The notes beneath the pieces are model-generated. The model was not told the DNA's origin. It did not search any database and saw only the letters and a list, made by a program, of their open reading frames with translations. Made by a program: the position numbers and the translations under genes. This document shows positions 31,245-42,061 of a stretch of 64,000 bases of DNA, one piece after another. Source of the DNA: Candidatus Omnitrophota bacterium (GTDB taxonomy: Bacteria; Omnitrophota; Gorgyraeia; 1-14-0-20-64-10); assembly GCA_023248155.1 (NCBI GenBank), contig JAHFFE010000002.1, positions 256,864 through 320,863 on the forward strand. Direction: 5' to 3'. The stretch's first letter is position 1. Every line of letters begins with the position of its first letter.

Positions 31245-32815
31245 TGTCTCAAAAAATCTTTTTATACGATACGACGATGCGCGACGGCGCGCAGACCGAG
31301 GGAATCTCTCTGTCCGTCAGCGACAAGATGCAAATCTTGGCCAAGCTCGATGAGCTGGCGATCCCATACATCGAAGGCGGCTGGCCGATGGCCAGTCCCA
31401 AGGAGATGGAATTTTTCCTGAAGGCCAAAAAGGAACTTAAGCTCAAGCACTCGGTATTGACGGCGTTCGGTTCCACGCGCAAGGCCAACATGGCCGTCGG
31501 GAAAGATCCGCAGGTTAAATCGCTGCTTGATTCCGGGGCGCAGGTCGCCACGATTTTCGGCAAGACCTGGGACCTGCACGTGAAAGAGGTGTTCCGCGTT
31601 CCGCTTGAGGAAAATCTCAAGATGATCCACGAGACGGTTGCCTATCTCAAAAAGCAGGGCGTGGAAGTGATGTACGATGCCGAGCATTTCTTCGACGGCT
31701 ACCGCGCCAATCCCGAGTTTGCGCTGAAAACTCTCGAGGCCGCCGCCGACGCGGGCGCTTCGACCATCATCTTGTGCGATACCAACGGCGGTTCTTTGCC
31801 GCACTATGTTTACGAGACGGTAAAATTGGTCCGCGCGCGGATCGCCGTGCAGTTGGGCATCCATTGCCACAATGATTCCGAATTGGCCGTGGCCAATTCG
31901 ATCGCGGCTGTTGAAGCCGGCGTCGCGCAAATCCAGGGCACCATCAACGGCTACGGCGAACGGTGCGGCAACGCGAACCTCTCGTCGATCATTCCGGTGC
32001 TTCAGTTAAAGATGGACCGTCCGGTCGTTCCGTCCGACCGCCTCAAGCATTTGACCGAGGTCTCTCATTTTGTCGCCGAGATCTGCAACATGCGCACCAA
32101 CGATCATCAGCCGTTCGTCGGCGCGTCGGCATTTGCGCACAAGGGCGGTGTCCATATCAACGCGGTGCTTAAAAATACACTGACCTACGAACATATTGAT
32201 CCGGCGCTCGTCGGCAACGAACAGCGGCTGCTGATTTCCGAAATGGGCGGCAAGACCACCATCCAGGCCCGCGCGAAAAAATTGAAGATCGATCCCGATG
32301 CCGATCCCGAAAAGGCGAAGGCTTTTCTGGCCACCGTGCGCGAGCGCGAGAATGCCGGGTTCCATTACGAGGTGGCCGAGGGTTCTCTGGAACTGCTGCT
32401 GCGCAAGGCCTACGACAAATTCAAAAGCTCGTTTGATCTGGAGAAATTCAGCGTGTTGGTCGAGAAAACTCCGAAAGAGCTGACCTCGCAGGCGACGATC
32501 AAACTGAAGGTCGACGGAAAAACACAGTTGACCGTCGGCGAAGGCGATGGTCCCGTCAACGCGCTCGATCAGGCGCTGCGCAGCGCGCTGCAGAAATTTT
32601 ATCCGCAAGTCGGGGAAATGCACCTGGTCGACTTCAAAGTCCGCGTGCTTGAATCGGACCAGGGCGGGACCGCCGCGCGCGTGCGCGTGCTGATCCAGTC
32701 GCAGGATGAAGACGACAGCTGGTGGACCATCGGCGTCAGCGAGAACATCATTGAAGCCAGCTGGCAGGCGCTCGTTGATTCGGTCGAGTACAAACTGCTG
32801 AAAGACAAAAAATAA
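31244..32815 (+). CDS. cimA: Citramalate synthase
   Basis: YDTTMRDGAQ.EG, YDAEHFFDG, HCHND, AFAHKGG.H, GDGPVNALD, SENIIEASW. Confidence 0.92.
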   Translation: MSQKIFLYDTTMRDGAQTEGISLSVSDKMQILAKLDELAIPYIEGGWPMASPKEMEFFLKAKKELKLKHSVLTAFGSTRKANMAVGKDPQVKSLLDSGAQVATIFGKTWDLHVKEVFRVPLEENLKMIHETVAYLKKQGVEVMYDAEHFFDGYRANPEFALKTLEAAADAGASTIILCDTNGGSLPHYVYETVKLVRARIAVQLGIHCHNDSELAVANSIAAVEAGVAQIQGTINGYGERCGNANLSSIIPVLQLKMDRPVVPSDRLKHLTEVSHFVAEICNMRTNDHQPFVGASAFAHKGGVHINAVLKNTLTYEHIDPALVGNEQRLLISEMGGKTTIQARAKKLKIDPDADPEKAKAFLATVRERENAGFHYEVAEGSLELLLRKAYDKFKSSFDLEKFSVLVEKTPKELTSQATIKLKVDGKTQLTVGEGDGPVNALDQALRSALQKFYPQVGEMHLVDFKVRVLESDQGGTAARVRVLIQSQDEDDSWWTIGVSENIIEASWQALVDSVEYKLLKDKK

Positions 32816-32829
32816 CCGGGGTCCGTCCT

Positions 32830-35562
32830 ATGCCGCTTCCGTCGGTTTATTCGCCGGCCGAGGTTGAAAGCCGCTGGTATTCGGAGTGGGAATCAAAAGG
32901 CTATTTCAAGCCGCGCTCCGATTCCACAAAGCCGCCATTCACGATTGTTATTCCTCCGCCCAATGTCACCGGCATTCTGCATATGGGCCATGCGCTCAAC
33001 GATACGCTGCAGGATGTTCTGGTCCGCTGGAAACGGATGCAGGGCCATCCCGCGCTTTGGGTGCCCGGCACCGATCATGCCGGCATCGCCACGCAGAATG
33101 TCGTCGAGCGGCAGCTCGCGCAGGAAAAACTGACGCGCCAGCAGCTGGGCCGCGAAAAATTCGTCGAGCGGGTCTGGGCCTGGAAAGAAAAATCGGGCTC
33201 GACCATCGTCAAGCAGCTGCGCCGGCTGGGCGCTTCGTGCGACTGGAGCCGCGAGCGGTTCACGATGGATGAGGGCCTCTCCAAAGCGGTCCAAACCACT
33301 TTTATCGAACTGTACAAAGCAGGCCTTCTTTACCGCGGTTATTATTTGGTCAACTGGTGCCCGCGCTGCCAGACTGCGCTCTCCGACGAAGAAGTTGTTC
33401 ACGAAAACTTAAAAGGGAACCTCTGGCATATCCGTTATCCGGCGCAGGGTTCTCCGGATGAAGGGATTATCGTCGCCACGACGCGGCCCGAAACATTGTT
33501 GGGCGATACGGCTGTGGCGGTTCATCCAAGTGATGACCGGTATACAGCACTGCACGGAAAAATGCTGGTGTTGCCGCTGCTCAACCGCCCGGTTCCGGTG
33601 GTTGCCGATCCGTTCGTCGACCGTGAATTCGGGACCGGTGCCGTGAAAGTAACTCCGGCGCATGACCTCAATGACTATCAGCTGGGACAGCGGCACAATC
33701 TCTCAGCGATCCGCGTGATTGGTTCTGACGGCGTCATGATCGCGCAGGCAGGGCCGTATGCCGGGCTCGACCGGTTTGCGGCCCGTAAAAAAATCGTCGC
33801 CGATCTTGAAGCGGCCGGATTATTAATCAAAACGGAACCGTATGCCCATTCGGTCGGTCATTGTTATCGCTGTAAAACGGTCATCGAACCGTCGCTCTCG
33901 CCGCAATGGTTTGTAAAAATGGAACCGTTGGCGAAACTGGGCATTGAAGCGATTGAAAAAGACGGCCTGCGGTTTATTCCCGAGCGCTGGAATAAAGTTT
34001 ATCTCGATTGGCTGCATAATATCCGCGACTGGTGCGTCTCACGGCAGATTTGGTGGGGCCACCGTATTCCGGCCTGGTACTGCCAAACCTGTTATCCGGC
34101 CTATTTAAAGCAGCGCGAAACCACGCCGCTTTCATCGGGTACGCTGTTCGACGAGAAAAAAGCCGGCATTGTGGTTTCACCGCGAAAACCGGCGGCTTGT
34201 CCGAATTGTTCGGGTTCCAATCTGGTTCAGGACGAAGATGTGCTCGATACCTGGTTCTCGTCGTGGCTTTGGCCGTTTTCCACGCTGGGCTGGCCCGATA
34301 AAACGAAAGACCTCGAATCGTTTTATCCCACATCAGCGTTGGTAACGGGGCAGGACATTATTTTTTTCTGGGTGGCCCGCATGGTGATGGCCGGCAAATT
34401 CTTCATGAAGAAAATTCCGTTCAAGGATGTTTATATCCACGGTATTATTCGCGTCGAGGGCGGCAAGAAAATGTCGAAGAGTCTGGGCAACATCATTGAC
34501 CCGATTGAGGTGATCGACCGGCTCGGCACCGACGCGCTCCGTTTCTCGATCGCGCAGATGACTTCGGAAGGGCAGGACCTCTATCTGTCCGAGAATAAAT
34601 TTCTGATCGGCCGCAACTTCGCCAACAAACTCTGGAACGCCTCCCGCCTGATTTTAGACAGGCCGGGCGTTTCGGAACTTAAAGAAATTCATTTCAACGA
34701 AGCGGCGCTGACGATTCCGGATCAATGGATACTCAGTCGCTTGCAGCGGCTCACCACCGATGTGACACGCGCGCTCGAGCAATACCGATTTAACGAAACG
34801 GCCAGATTACTGTATCAATTTGTCTGGAACGATTTTTGCGACTGGTACCTGGAGATCGCCAAGATTCAGCGCGAAGAAGGGGATCCGGCTGTTGCCGCCA
34901 ACACGAATGCGGTGCTGGTTTATGTTCTGGAACGGACACTGCGTCTGCTGCACCCGCTGATGCCGTTCATTACCGAAGAACTTTGGCATCATCTGGGTTA
35001 TCGCGGAATAGAAGCGGCTCCATCAATCAGTCTGGCCGCCTGGCCCGTTCCCGATGAGAAATGGATTAATGCCGGGGCAGAACAGTCGTTTGAACGGCTG
35101 CAGGCCGTTGTGTCGCATGGGCGAACGATCCGTGCCACGTTCCGTGTTCCGCCGGCGCAAAAACTGGAAATGCTGATCAAAGGTTCCAAAGGTTTGGAAT
35201 TGATCGGCCGCTATGAAAAAGCGGTCCAGCGATTGGCCGGTCTGGAAACGATCCGCTGCGGCGCCGATATAAAGCGTCCGGCCGGAGCGGTTTCATCGCC
35301 GGTTTCCGCGCAGGGAAAATTTGATCTGTGGGAAGTGATCGTGCCGCTGGCCGGCCTCGTTGATCTGGTGGTTGAACGTCAGCGGATCCAGAAAGAAATG
35401 GAAAGCCTGGAGACGCGCATCGGCTCCAAAAAAAGCCGGCTCGATGATGCGACATTCCGTTCCCGCGCGCCGGCTGATGTGGTGGAAGAGGAAGAAACGC
35501 TGTTGGGCGAACTTCAGGGAGAACTGCTGAAGTGGAGCGAGAGCCTCAAACAACTGCAGTGA
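32830..35562 (+). CDS. valS: Valine--tRNA ligase
   Basis: PPPNVTGILHMGH, DWCVSRQIWWGH, KMSKS, C-terminal coiled coil. Confidence 0.98.
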   Translation: MPLPSVYSPAEVESRWYSEWESKGYFKPRSDSTKPPFTIVIPPPNVTGILHMGHALNDTLQDVLVRWKRMQGHPALWVPGTDHAGIATQNVVERQLAQEKLTRQQLGREKFVERVWAWKEKSGSTIVKQLRRLGASCDWSRERFTMDEGLSKAVQTTFIELYKAGLLYRGYYLVNWCPRCQTALSDEEVVHENLKGNLWHIRYPAQGSPDEGIIVATTRPETLLGDTAVAVHPSDDRYTALHGKMLVLPLLNRPVPVVADPFVDREFGTGAVKVTPAHDLNDYQLGQRHNLSAIRVIGSDGVMIAQAGPYAGLDRFAARKKIVADLEAAGLLIKTEPYAHSVGHCYRCKTVIEPSLSPQWFVKMEPLAKLGIEAIEKDGLRFIPERWNKVYLDWLHNIRDWCVSRQIWWGHRIPAWYCQTCYPAYLKQRETTPLSSGTLFDEKKAGIVVSPRKPAACPNCSGSNLVQDEDVLDTWFSSWLWPFSTLGWPDKTKDLESFYPTSALVTGQDIIFFWVARMVMAGKFFMKKIPFKDVYIHGIIRVEGGKKMSKSLGNIIDPIEVIDRLGTDALRFSIAQMTSEGQDLYLSENKFLIGRNFANKLWNASRLILDRPGVSELKEIHFNEAALTIPDQWILSRLQRLTTDVTRALEQYRFNETARLLYQFVWNDFCDWYLEIAKIQREEGDPAVAANTNAVLVYVLERTLRLLHPLMPFITEELWHHLGYRGIEAAPSISLAAWPVPDEKWINAGAEQSFERLQAVVSHGRTIRATFRVPPAQKLEMLIKGSKGLELIGRYEKAVQRLAGLETIRCGADIKRPAGAVSSPVSAQGKFDLWEVIVPLAGLVDLVVERQRIQKEMESLETRIGSKKSRLDDATFRSRAPADVVEEEETLLGELQGELLKWSESLKQLQ

Positions 35563-36458
35563 ACGGATTATCACGCGCGGCAATCCTGCCGGTCATTCAG
35601 GCCGCGCTGAAGGAAGATATTGGCGCCCGCGACCTGACCGTCTCGGCATTAATTCCGCGCGACCAACAGGCCAAAGCCGAAATCGTTGCGCATCGCGAAG
35701 GAGTTATTGCCGGCCTTCCCGTCGCCGAAATGGTTTTCAATACAGTCGATCCTAAAATTCGTTTCAAGCCGCTCGTCAAAGAAGGCGAGCGGGTGTATGC
35801 CGATAAAGTAATCGCCTTTATGGAAGGCTCCGCGCGCGGCATTCTCTCGGCCGAGCGGACCGCGTTAAATTTCCTGGGACATTTGTCCGGCATCGCCACG
35901 GTGACCGCTCTGTTCACCGAAAAAATCCGCGGCGCGCCGGCCAAAATCCTCGACACGCGCAAAACCACTCCGGGCCTGCGTTTGTTTGAAAAATATGCGG
36001 TGGCAGTCGGCGGCGGCGTCAATCACCGGATGGGTCTTTTCGACGGAGTTTTGATCAAGGAAAACCACCTGCGTATGGTTTCACACCGCACCGCCGGCGT
36101 GTTCGGCCATTTGTCGGCGGTCGAGGAATCGGTCCGCGTCGCGCGCCGGCAGTCGCTCAAGAATACTGCCATTGAGATTGAAGTCACCACGCTCGATGAA
36201 TTCCGCAAAGCGCTGGCTGCTTCGGCCGACATCATCCTGCTCGATAACATGCGCTTGAACGATATTGAAGAAGCGGTTCGGATCCGCAACGCGTTGTTCC
36301 GGTCGCGCAAGGAGAAACGGATTTTGCTTGAAGTTTCAGGGGGCATTACGCTTTCGAATGTGCGGGCAGTGGCGTTGTCGGGCGTTGACCGGATTTCAGT
36401 CGGCGCACTCACGCATTCGGCGCCGTCGCTGGATCTTTCACTCGAAATCGTCGGATAA
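35559..36458 (+). CDS. nadC: Quinolinate phosphoribosyltransferase
   Basis: ERTALN, DTRKTTPG, HRMGL, LLDNM, SGGI, ALTHSA; start GTG 35559 overlapping the valS stop. Confidence 0.97.
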   Translation: MNGLSRAAILPVIQAALKEDIGARDLTVSALIPRDQQAKAEIVAHREGVIAGLPVAEMVFNTVDPKIRFKPLVKEGERVYADKVIAFMEGSARGILSAERTALNFLGHLSGIATVTALFTEKIRGAPAKILDTRKTTPGLRLFEKYAVAVGGGVNHRMGLFDGVLIKENHLRMVSHRTAGVFGHLSAVEESVRVARRQSLKNTAIEIEVTTLDEFRKALAASADIILLDNMRLNDIEEAVRIRNALFRSRKEKRILLEVSGGITLSNVRAVALSGVDRISVGALTHSAPSLDLSLEIVG

Positions 36459-36473
36459 CAAGGGAGGAATCGA

Positions 36474-36764
36474 ATGGTTCAATTATCGATTTTTCTGATC
36501 TGCGTGGTTCTGGTGATTGTCGGGTCGCTCAGCTTGGTTTCGTCGATGTCGGTCGATGGCAGGTACCGGTCGGTTCTAGCCTGTCTCTTTTCCTGCGTCC
36601 CGATTGGCGTGGCAGTCTGGCTGTTTTATTCCTCCGGACTGAAGATCGGCGATCTTCCTCGGCTGCTGCAGGAAACCGCGCGTGAAATAGAACGCGTAGT
36701 GCGAATCATCAAAGACGGAATAGCCAACCGCAACGATTTCGACAAACTGACAAAGGGAATGTAA
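36474..36764 (+). CDS. Small hypothetical membrane protein
   Basis: 96 aa, two hydrophobic segments, GGGAGG RBS, fills the nadC-uvrB gap. Confidence 0.7.
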   Translation: MVQLSIFLICVVLVIVGSLSLVSSMSVDGRYRSVLACLFSCVPIGVAVWLFYSSGLKIGDLPRLLQETAREIERVVRIIKDGIANRNDFDKLTKGM

Positions 36765-36774
36765 TCGGGCAGTA

Positions 36775-38829
36775 ATGGCGGCATTCAAACTTGTCAGTGA
36801 GATGACCCCGAAAGGGGACCAGCCCGAGGCCATCCGCCAGCTGGCGGCCGGTCTGCGCGCGAAAAAACAGTTCCAGACGCTGTTGGGCGCCACCGGCACC
36901 GGGAAAACGTTCACGATGGCGCATGTCATCGAGCAGATCCAGAAGCCGACGCTGGTGATTTCGCATAACAAGACGCTGGCCGCCCAGTTGTACAGCGAGC
37001 TGAAATCTTTTTTTCCTGACAACGCCGTCGAGTTTTTTGTCAGTTATTACGATTATTACCAGCCCGAAGCGTACATCCCGCAGACCGACACCTACATCGA
37101 AAAAGATTCCTCGATCAACGACCGGCTCGACCGCCTGCGGCTGGCCGCCACCACATCGCTGCAATCGCGCTCCGATGTGATTTTAGTGGCGTCGGTTTCC
37201 TGCATTTACAACCTTGGCGATCCGGAAGATTACAAAGGGCTACTTCTTTTTCTCGAGAAGGGACAGGCCATCCCTCGCCGTGACCTGCTACGCCGCCTGG
37301 TTGAGATGCTTTATGAACGCAACGAGGTCGAGTTCGCGCGCGGCAAGTTCCGCGTGCGCGGCGAAACGATCGAAATTTTTCCGGCCTATGAAGAACGGGC
37401 TGTGCGTCTCTCGCTGTTCGGCGATCAGATTGAGAAAATTGCAATCATCGATCCGGTGACCGGTAATGTGCTTCAGCCGCTCGACAAATATGCGCTTTAT
37501 CCGGCCAAACATTTCATCACCAGTCAGGACCGCATTGATCGTGCCGTCGGCAATATCGAGCAGGAACTGCAGTCGCGGCTTGAGGATCTCAAATCGCGCG
37601 GCAAACTGCTCGAGGCGCAGCGCCTTGAATCGCGCACGCATTACGACATCGAGATGATGAAAGAAGTCGGCTACTGCCATGGCATCGAAAATTATTCGCG
37701 CGCGCTGTCCAGCCGGCCCGAGGGTTCCCGGCCCTGGTGCCTGCTCGATTATTTTCCGGAAGATTTCCTGATGGTGATCGACGAATCGCACGCGACGATC
37801 CCGCAGGTGCGCGGCATGTACGCGGGCGACCGCGCGCGCAAGCAGGTGCTGGTTGATTTCGGGTTCCGTTTGCCGTCTTGCCTCGATAACCGCCCGCTGC
37901 AATTCAACGAATTTGAAGCGATGATGCGCCAGGCGGTTTTTGTTTCGGCAACGCCAGGCCCCTACGAACTTAAGGCCTGCGCCGGCAAAGTGGTCCAGCA
38001 GGTGATCCGTCCGACCGGACTGATCGACCCGGAGGTGATCATCCGTCCGATCAAGGGTCAGGTCGACGATTTAATTGAAGAGGTTAAACAGCGTGCCGCG
38101 CTGGGCCAGCGTACGCTGATTACCACGCTGACCAAGCGGATGGCCGAAGACCTTTCGTCCTATTTAAAGCAGAACGGCATCCGCGTCACCTACATTCACG
38201 CCGATCTCGACGCGTTTGAGCGCGTCGATGTGCTGCGCAATTTGCGGCTGGGCAATTTCGACTGCGTGGTCGGCATCAACCTATTGCGCGAGGGGCTCGA
38301 TCTGCCGGAAGTTTCACTGGTTTGCGTACTCGACGCCGACAAGGAAGGGTTCCTCCGTTCGGCCACGACGCTGATCCAGATTGCCGGCCGTGCCGCACGG
38401 CACTTAAACGGCCGCGTGATTTTGTACGCGGATCACCGGACCGATTCGATGAATCATATGATCAACGAAACCGAGCGCCGCCGCAAAATCCAGTTGGAGT
38501 ATAATCAAGCCAACGGCATCACACCGCAGTCGGTTAAGAAGGCGATTCGTGAAGGAATTGAAACGGCTGCCAAAGAAGATCCCGAAACGGTAGCCCGATC
38601 GGCCGCCGGTTTGAGTGAAGAGCAGTTTGATCTCGAGCAGGTGATCGCCGATATCGAGCAGGAAATGGAATCGGCCGCGCGCAACCTGCAGTTTGAGCGC
38701 GCCGCGGCATTGCGTGATCAGGCGGCTGCGCTGCGCGAGAAGGGTATTCAGGGATTGTCGTCGCCGGTTCCCCGGCCGTCGAAAAGATCGAAAAAAGATC
38801 GTTCCAACACCAGGAGATCTACGCCATAA
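36775..38829 (+). CDS. uvrB: Excinuclease ABC subunit B
   Basis: GATGTGKT, SYYDYYQPEAY, DESH, GINLLREGLD, C-terminal UVR motif. Confidence 0.98.
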   Translation: MAAFKLVSEMTPKGDQPEAIRQLAAGLRAKKQFQTLLGATGTGKTFTMAHVIEQIQKPTLVISHNKTLAAQLYSELKSFFPDNAVEFFVSYYDYYQPEAYIPQTDTYIEKDSSINDRLDRLRLAATTSLQSRSDVILVASVSCIYNLGDPEDYKGLLLFLEKGQAIPRRDLLRRLVEMLYERNEVEFARGKFRVRGETIEIFPAYEERAVRLSLFGDQIEKIAIIDPVTGNVLQPLDKYALYPAKHFITSQDRIDRAVGNIEQELQSRLEDLKSRGKLLEAQRLESRTHYDIEMMKEVGYCHGIENYSRALSSRPEGSRPWCLLDYFPEDFLMVIDESHATIPQVRGMYAGDRARKQVLVDFGFRLPSCLDNRPLQFNEFEAMMRQAVFVSATPGPYELKACAGKVVQQVIRPTGLIDPEVIIRPIKGQVDDLIEEVKQRAALGQRTLITTLTKRMAEDLSSYLKQNGIRVTYIHADLDAFERVDVLRNLRLGNFDCVVGINLLREGLDLPEVSLVCVLDADKEGFLRSATTLIQIAGRAARHLNGRVILYADHRTDSMNHMINETERRRKIQLEYNQANGITPQSVKKAIREGIETAAKEDPETVARSAAGLSEEQFDLEQVIADIEQEMESAARNLQFERAAALRDQAAALREKGIQGLSSPVPRPSKRSKKDRSNTRRSTP

Positions 38830-39383
38830 TGCGCGTTCAGCCGATGACTGCTACAAAATGGATTGAGCTTTTTTTCGGATGCGTGGTCCCGACGGTACTG
38901 GTCGTCCCGTTTTTTTTGACTATTCTTGAATTGGGCCTTTACCGGTTCAGCCAGCCGCAATGGTCGGTACGTGAGCTTTTGCCGGCGATGGCATTCAGCC
39001 TGATTCCTATTGTCGCCGTCGCCTCGATCTGGCTGCTGGTACTGCTCGGTCCGCGGCAGGTGAACCGCCTTTTTCCTCTGCGCCTAATCACGCTGCTATT
39101 CGGCGTTCTAGGTCTTCTGCTGGTGTTCGCTTTTTTCATTCCTCTTTTTCAGCCGGTCATTCGCGGCTACTGGAAAGAAAGTTTCGCGCTGTTTTTGAAA
39201 CCGTACTCGTTCGCGCTGCGCACGATTGTGCGCGGCGATGACTGGCGGCTTTTGTTTTTCGGAACGCTGGGCCCGCTTATTGTCGGCCTGCGCGCGTTTC
39301 CGGTCTTAATCCGGGGAACCCAACCGGTACAGGAGGAACATTTTCCATGGCGGCTCTGGAAGAGGCCGTTTTATACGCCTTAA
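38829..39383 (+). CDS. Hypothetical membrane protein
   Basis: 184 aa with about four hydrophobic segments; overlaps uvrB stop and birA start. Confidence 0.6.
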   Translation: MRVQPMTATKWIELFFGCVVPTVLVVPFFLTILELGLYRFSQPQWSVRELLPAMAFSLIPIVAVASIWLLVLLGPRQVNRLFPLRLITLLFGVLGLLLVFAFFIPLFQPVIRGYWKESFALFLKPYSFALRTIVRGDDWRLLFFGTLGPLIVGLRAFPVLIRGTQPVQEEHFPWRLWKRPFYTP

Positions 39384-40315
39384 AAGCAAAACCCGGTGAA
39401 TTTGTATCGGGCGAAGAACTCAGCCGTCTTTCCGGCGTTTCGCGCACGGCTATCTGGAAAGAGATTGAGAAGCTGCGCGCCGAGGGCTATAAAATTTCCG
39501 CGCGGCCGCGCCAGGGTTATAAACTGACGGCGGTTCCCGACCGGCTTACCGCGCAGGAACTTCGCTGGAATTTAAAAACCCGCGTCGTCGGCTGCCGGGT
39601 TCACGCCTATGAATCAACCGATTCCACGATGGATTTATCGCATCGGTTGGCCGCCTCCGGCGAACCGGAAGGTTCCGTTGTGATTACCGAATCGCAAAAC
39701 AAAGGCCGCGGCCGGATGGGCAGGGTATGGGCTTCTCCCCGCGGTACCGGCCTTTATTTTTCTGTTTTATTCCGCCCCGCGCTGCCGGTTTCGCGCGTTC
39801 CTCATCTGACGTTGGTCGCCGCGGTGGCTGTCGCCGAAGCGGTTGCCGATTCGACCGGCCTGCGCCCCGATTTGAAATGGCCTAACGATCTGCTCATCGA
39901 CGGTAAAAAAATCTGCGGCATCCTCACCGAACTCAATGCCGAGGTTAACCGCGTCAATTATGTGGTGGTCGGCGTCGGCATGAACGTTAACACGGCCAAG
40001 TCCGATCTTCCGGCGCATGCTACTTCGCTGAAAGCGCAGGCCGGAGAAAAAATAGACCGCATTGCTCTGGCGAGAGCTCTCTTTCAACGCATTGACGCGC
40101 GGTACCACCAATTCCTGGGCGGCGGATGGGAACCGATCCTCGAGGCGTGGCGCTCGCACGCGCGGTTTTTGGGAAGCCGCGTGCGCGTAGCGCTGGAAGG
40201 GCGCGTGATCGACGGGCATGCGCTTGACATCGATTCCGACGGGGCGCTGCTGGTGCGCGCCGATACTGGCATCGTTGAATCGGTCTCAGCCGGCGAGGTT
40301 TTGCTGGTAAGATGA
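39347..40315 (+). CDS. birA: Bifunctional biotin repressor/biotin--protein ligase
   Basis: N-terminal HTH (SGEEL...VSRTAIWK), GRGRMGR.W, KWPND, KICGIL.E. Confidence 0.96.
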   Translation: MAALEEAVLYALKAKPGEFVSGEELSRLSGVSRTAIWKEIEKLRAEGYKISARPRQGYKLTAVPDRLTAQELRWNLKTRVVGCRVHAYESTDSTMDLSHRLAASGEPEGSVVITESQNKGRGRMGRVWASPRGTGLYFSVLFRPALPVSRVPHLTLVAAVAVAEAVADSTGLRPDLKWPNDLLIDGKKICGILTELNAEVNRVNYVVVGVGMNVNTAKSDLPAHATSLKAQAGEKIDRIALARALFQRIDARYHQFLGGGWEPILEAWRSHARFLGSRVRVALEGRVIDGHALDIDSDGALLVRADTGIVESVSAGEVLLVR

Positions 40316-41634
40316 AAAAAATAACAGCGGCATTTATTTGTTTTTTTGCGGGAGCGGCTTTTTTTCTATGTGCTCCAGGCTCTGCGATTTATGCCAGACA
40401 AGAACAGCACCCGGTCGTGGTGCTTCGCGCCGAAGGGACGATTGATCCGGCGCTGGCCCGTTATCTGGCGCGCGGCCTGGATGAAGCCCGTCAGCGGCAG
40501 GCTTCAGTTGTTATTCTGCGGATCAATACCGAAGGCGGGTTGGATCGTTCCATCCGCCGCATGATTCAAACCATTCTTGATTCTCCGGTTCCGGTAGTGG
40601 TCTATGTTTCGCCGGAAGGCGCCCGGGCCGCTTCCACCGGCGCTTTTATCGCGGCGGCCGCGCATGGTTCGGCCATGGCCCCCGGCACCATGATTGGCGC
40701 CGCGTGCGCGGCCGACCCCGCCGATGAATCCGACGACAAATTATCAATGGCCCGCCTGAAGCTGACCAATGATGCAGCGGCTTATCTGCGGTCGGTCGCC
40801 CAGGATCATGGGCGTAATATTGAATGGGTTGAAACGGCGGTTCGCCAGGGCCGCGTTATTACCGCGCAAGAAGCGTTTAAACAAAATGCCGTCGATTATC
40901 TGGCTCCCGACCTTGAAGATCTTTTGGGCCAGATCAACGGCCGCGAAGTAAAAACTGTTTTTGGGGCCGTGACCATCGACACCGAAGATCAACCCCGCCT
41001 TTTCTTGGGTATTTCGCATGTCGAGAATTTTCTGCACCGGATCATGCGGCCCAACCTGGCTTACGCGCTGCTGTTGTTCGGCATTTATGCCATCGTTTTC
41101 GAGCTGTCCACCGCGGGCTTCGGCTTACCGGGCGTTGCCGGGGCCGTCGCGCTGGTGCTGTCGCTGGTGATGCTTGAAACGCTGGCGGTCTATTGGCTCG
41201 GCCTGGGATTGATCGCGTTTTCCATGGCGCTTTTTATCACCGATATCAAATTGGCGGGGCGCGGTGTTTTCTCATTGGCCGGCCTGATTCTGTTTGTGAT
41301 CGGCTCACTCTTTCTTTTTCCGGGCGCCGATGTGACCGGCGTCTATCTTTCGCCGCCGCTGGTCATTGGGGCCTCAGCGTTTACCGCTTTGTTTTTTCTG
41401 TTCGTGGTCGGCGCGGGTATTCGTTCGCTTAAAAACCGCGCCATTGCCGGACTCATGGCGCTGGTCGGGCAGGAAGGCAGCGTCGAAACCGACTTAAACC
41501 CGCAGGGGATTGTGCGCGTGCATGGCGAGCAGTGGCAGGCCCGCTCCACGCAGCCGCTCTGGAAAGGCTCGCGTGTGAAAATCATCCGCGCTGATGGACT
41601 GGTACTCTGGGTTGAGCCGATTCTGGACAAATGA
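40312..41634 (+). CDS. nfeD: NfeD-family membrane-bound ClpP-class protease
   Basis: VYVSP.GARAASTG, KLTNDAAAY, TM bundle, C-terminal OB-like G.VRVHGE.W.A. Confidence 0.9.
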   Translation: MKKITAAFICFFAGAAFFLCAPGSAIYARQEQHPVVVLRAEGTIDPALARYLARGLDEARQRQASVVILRINTEGGLDRSIRRMIQTILDSPVPVVVYVSPEGARAASTGAFIAAAAHGSAMAPGTMIGAACAADPADESDDKLSMARLKLTNDAAAYLRSVAQDHGRNIEWVETAVRQGRVITAQEAFKQNAVDYLAPDLEDLLGQINGREVKTVFGAVTIDTEDQPRLFLGISHVENFLHRIMRPNLAYALLLFGIYAIVFELSTAGFGLPGVAGAVALVLSLVMLETLAVYWLGLGLIAFSMALFITDIKLAGRGVFSLAGLILFVIGSLFLFPGADVTGVYLSPPLVIGASAFTALFFLFVVGAGIRSLKNRAIAGLMALVGQEGSVETDLNPQGIVRVHGEQWQARSTQPLWKGSRVKIIRADGLVLWVEPILDK

Positions 41635-41638
41635 TCCC

Positions 41639-42061
41639 ATGATAAAAACTAAAATCAAACGGATATTGATGATGAAAGAGGATCCGCATTTTTTGGCGCT
41701 CTCGCTGGGTGTTGGCATCGCGCTGGGCATCCTGCCGGGCATCGGCGCGATTGTCGCCGGGATACTGGCTCCGTTTCTCGGCTTGAATCTTCCGCTGATG
41801 GTTGCCGGCGCGTTACTGAGCAATCCGATTACCAGTCCTCTGGTCTATGGCGCCAGTTACTGGATCGGCTGCCGTCTCTGTCAGATCACTTTTCTTGAAC
41901 AGTTCAAACTGGCGCAGATTTTGTTGAAAACGCTGGCAGGTAATGTAGTTCTTGCGTTGGCGATGGGCCTGGCCGGTTATTTGTTTTTATTTCTGTTCTT
42001 GCTTTCCATGCGCTCGTTAATCCGCCATCGTCCTCGCCCCGATAGAAAGAAACCACTATGA
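41639..42061 (+). CDS. DUF2062-like membrane protein
   Basis: P..LALS..VG..LG..P..G and SNPIT.P..Y...Y.IG pattern; start ATG 41639. Confidence 0.75.
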   Translation: MIKTKIKRILMMKEDPHFLALSLGVGIALGILPGIGAIVAGILAPFLGLNLPLMVAGALLSNPITSPLVYGASYWIGCRLCQITFLEQFKLAQILLKTLAGNVVLALAMGLAGYLFLFLFLLSMRSLIRHRPRPDRKKPL

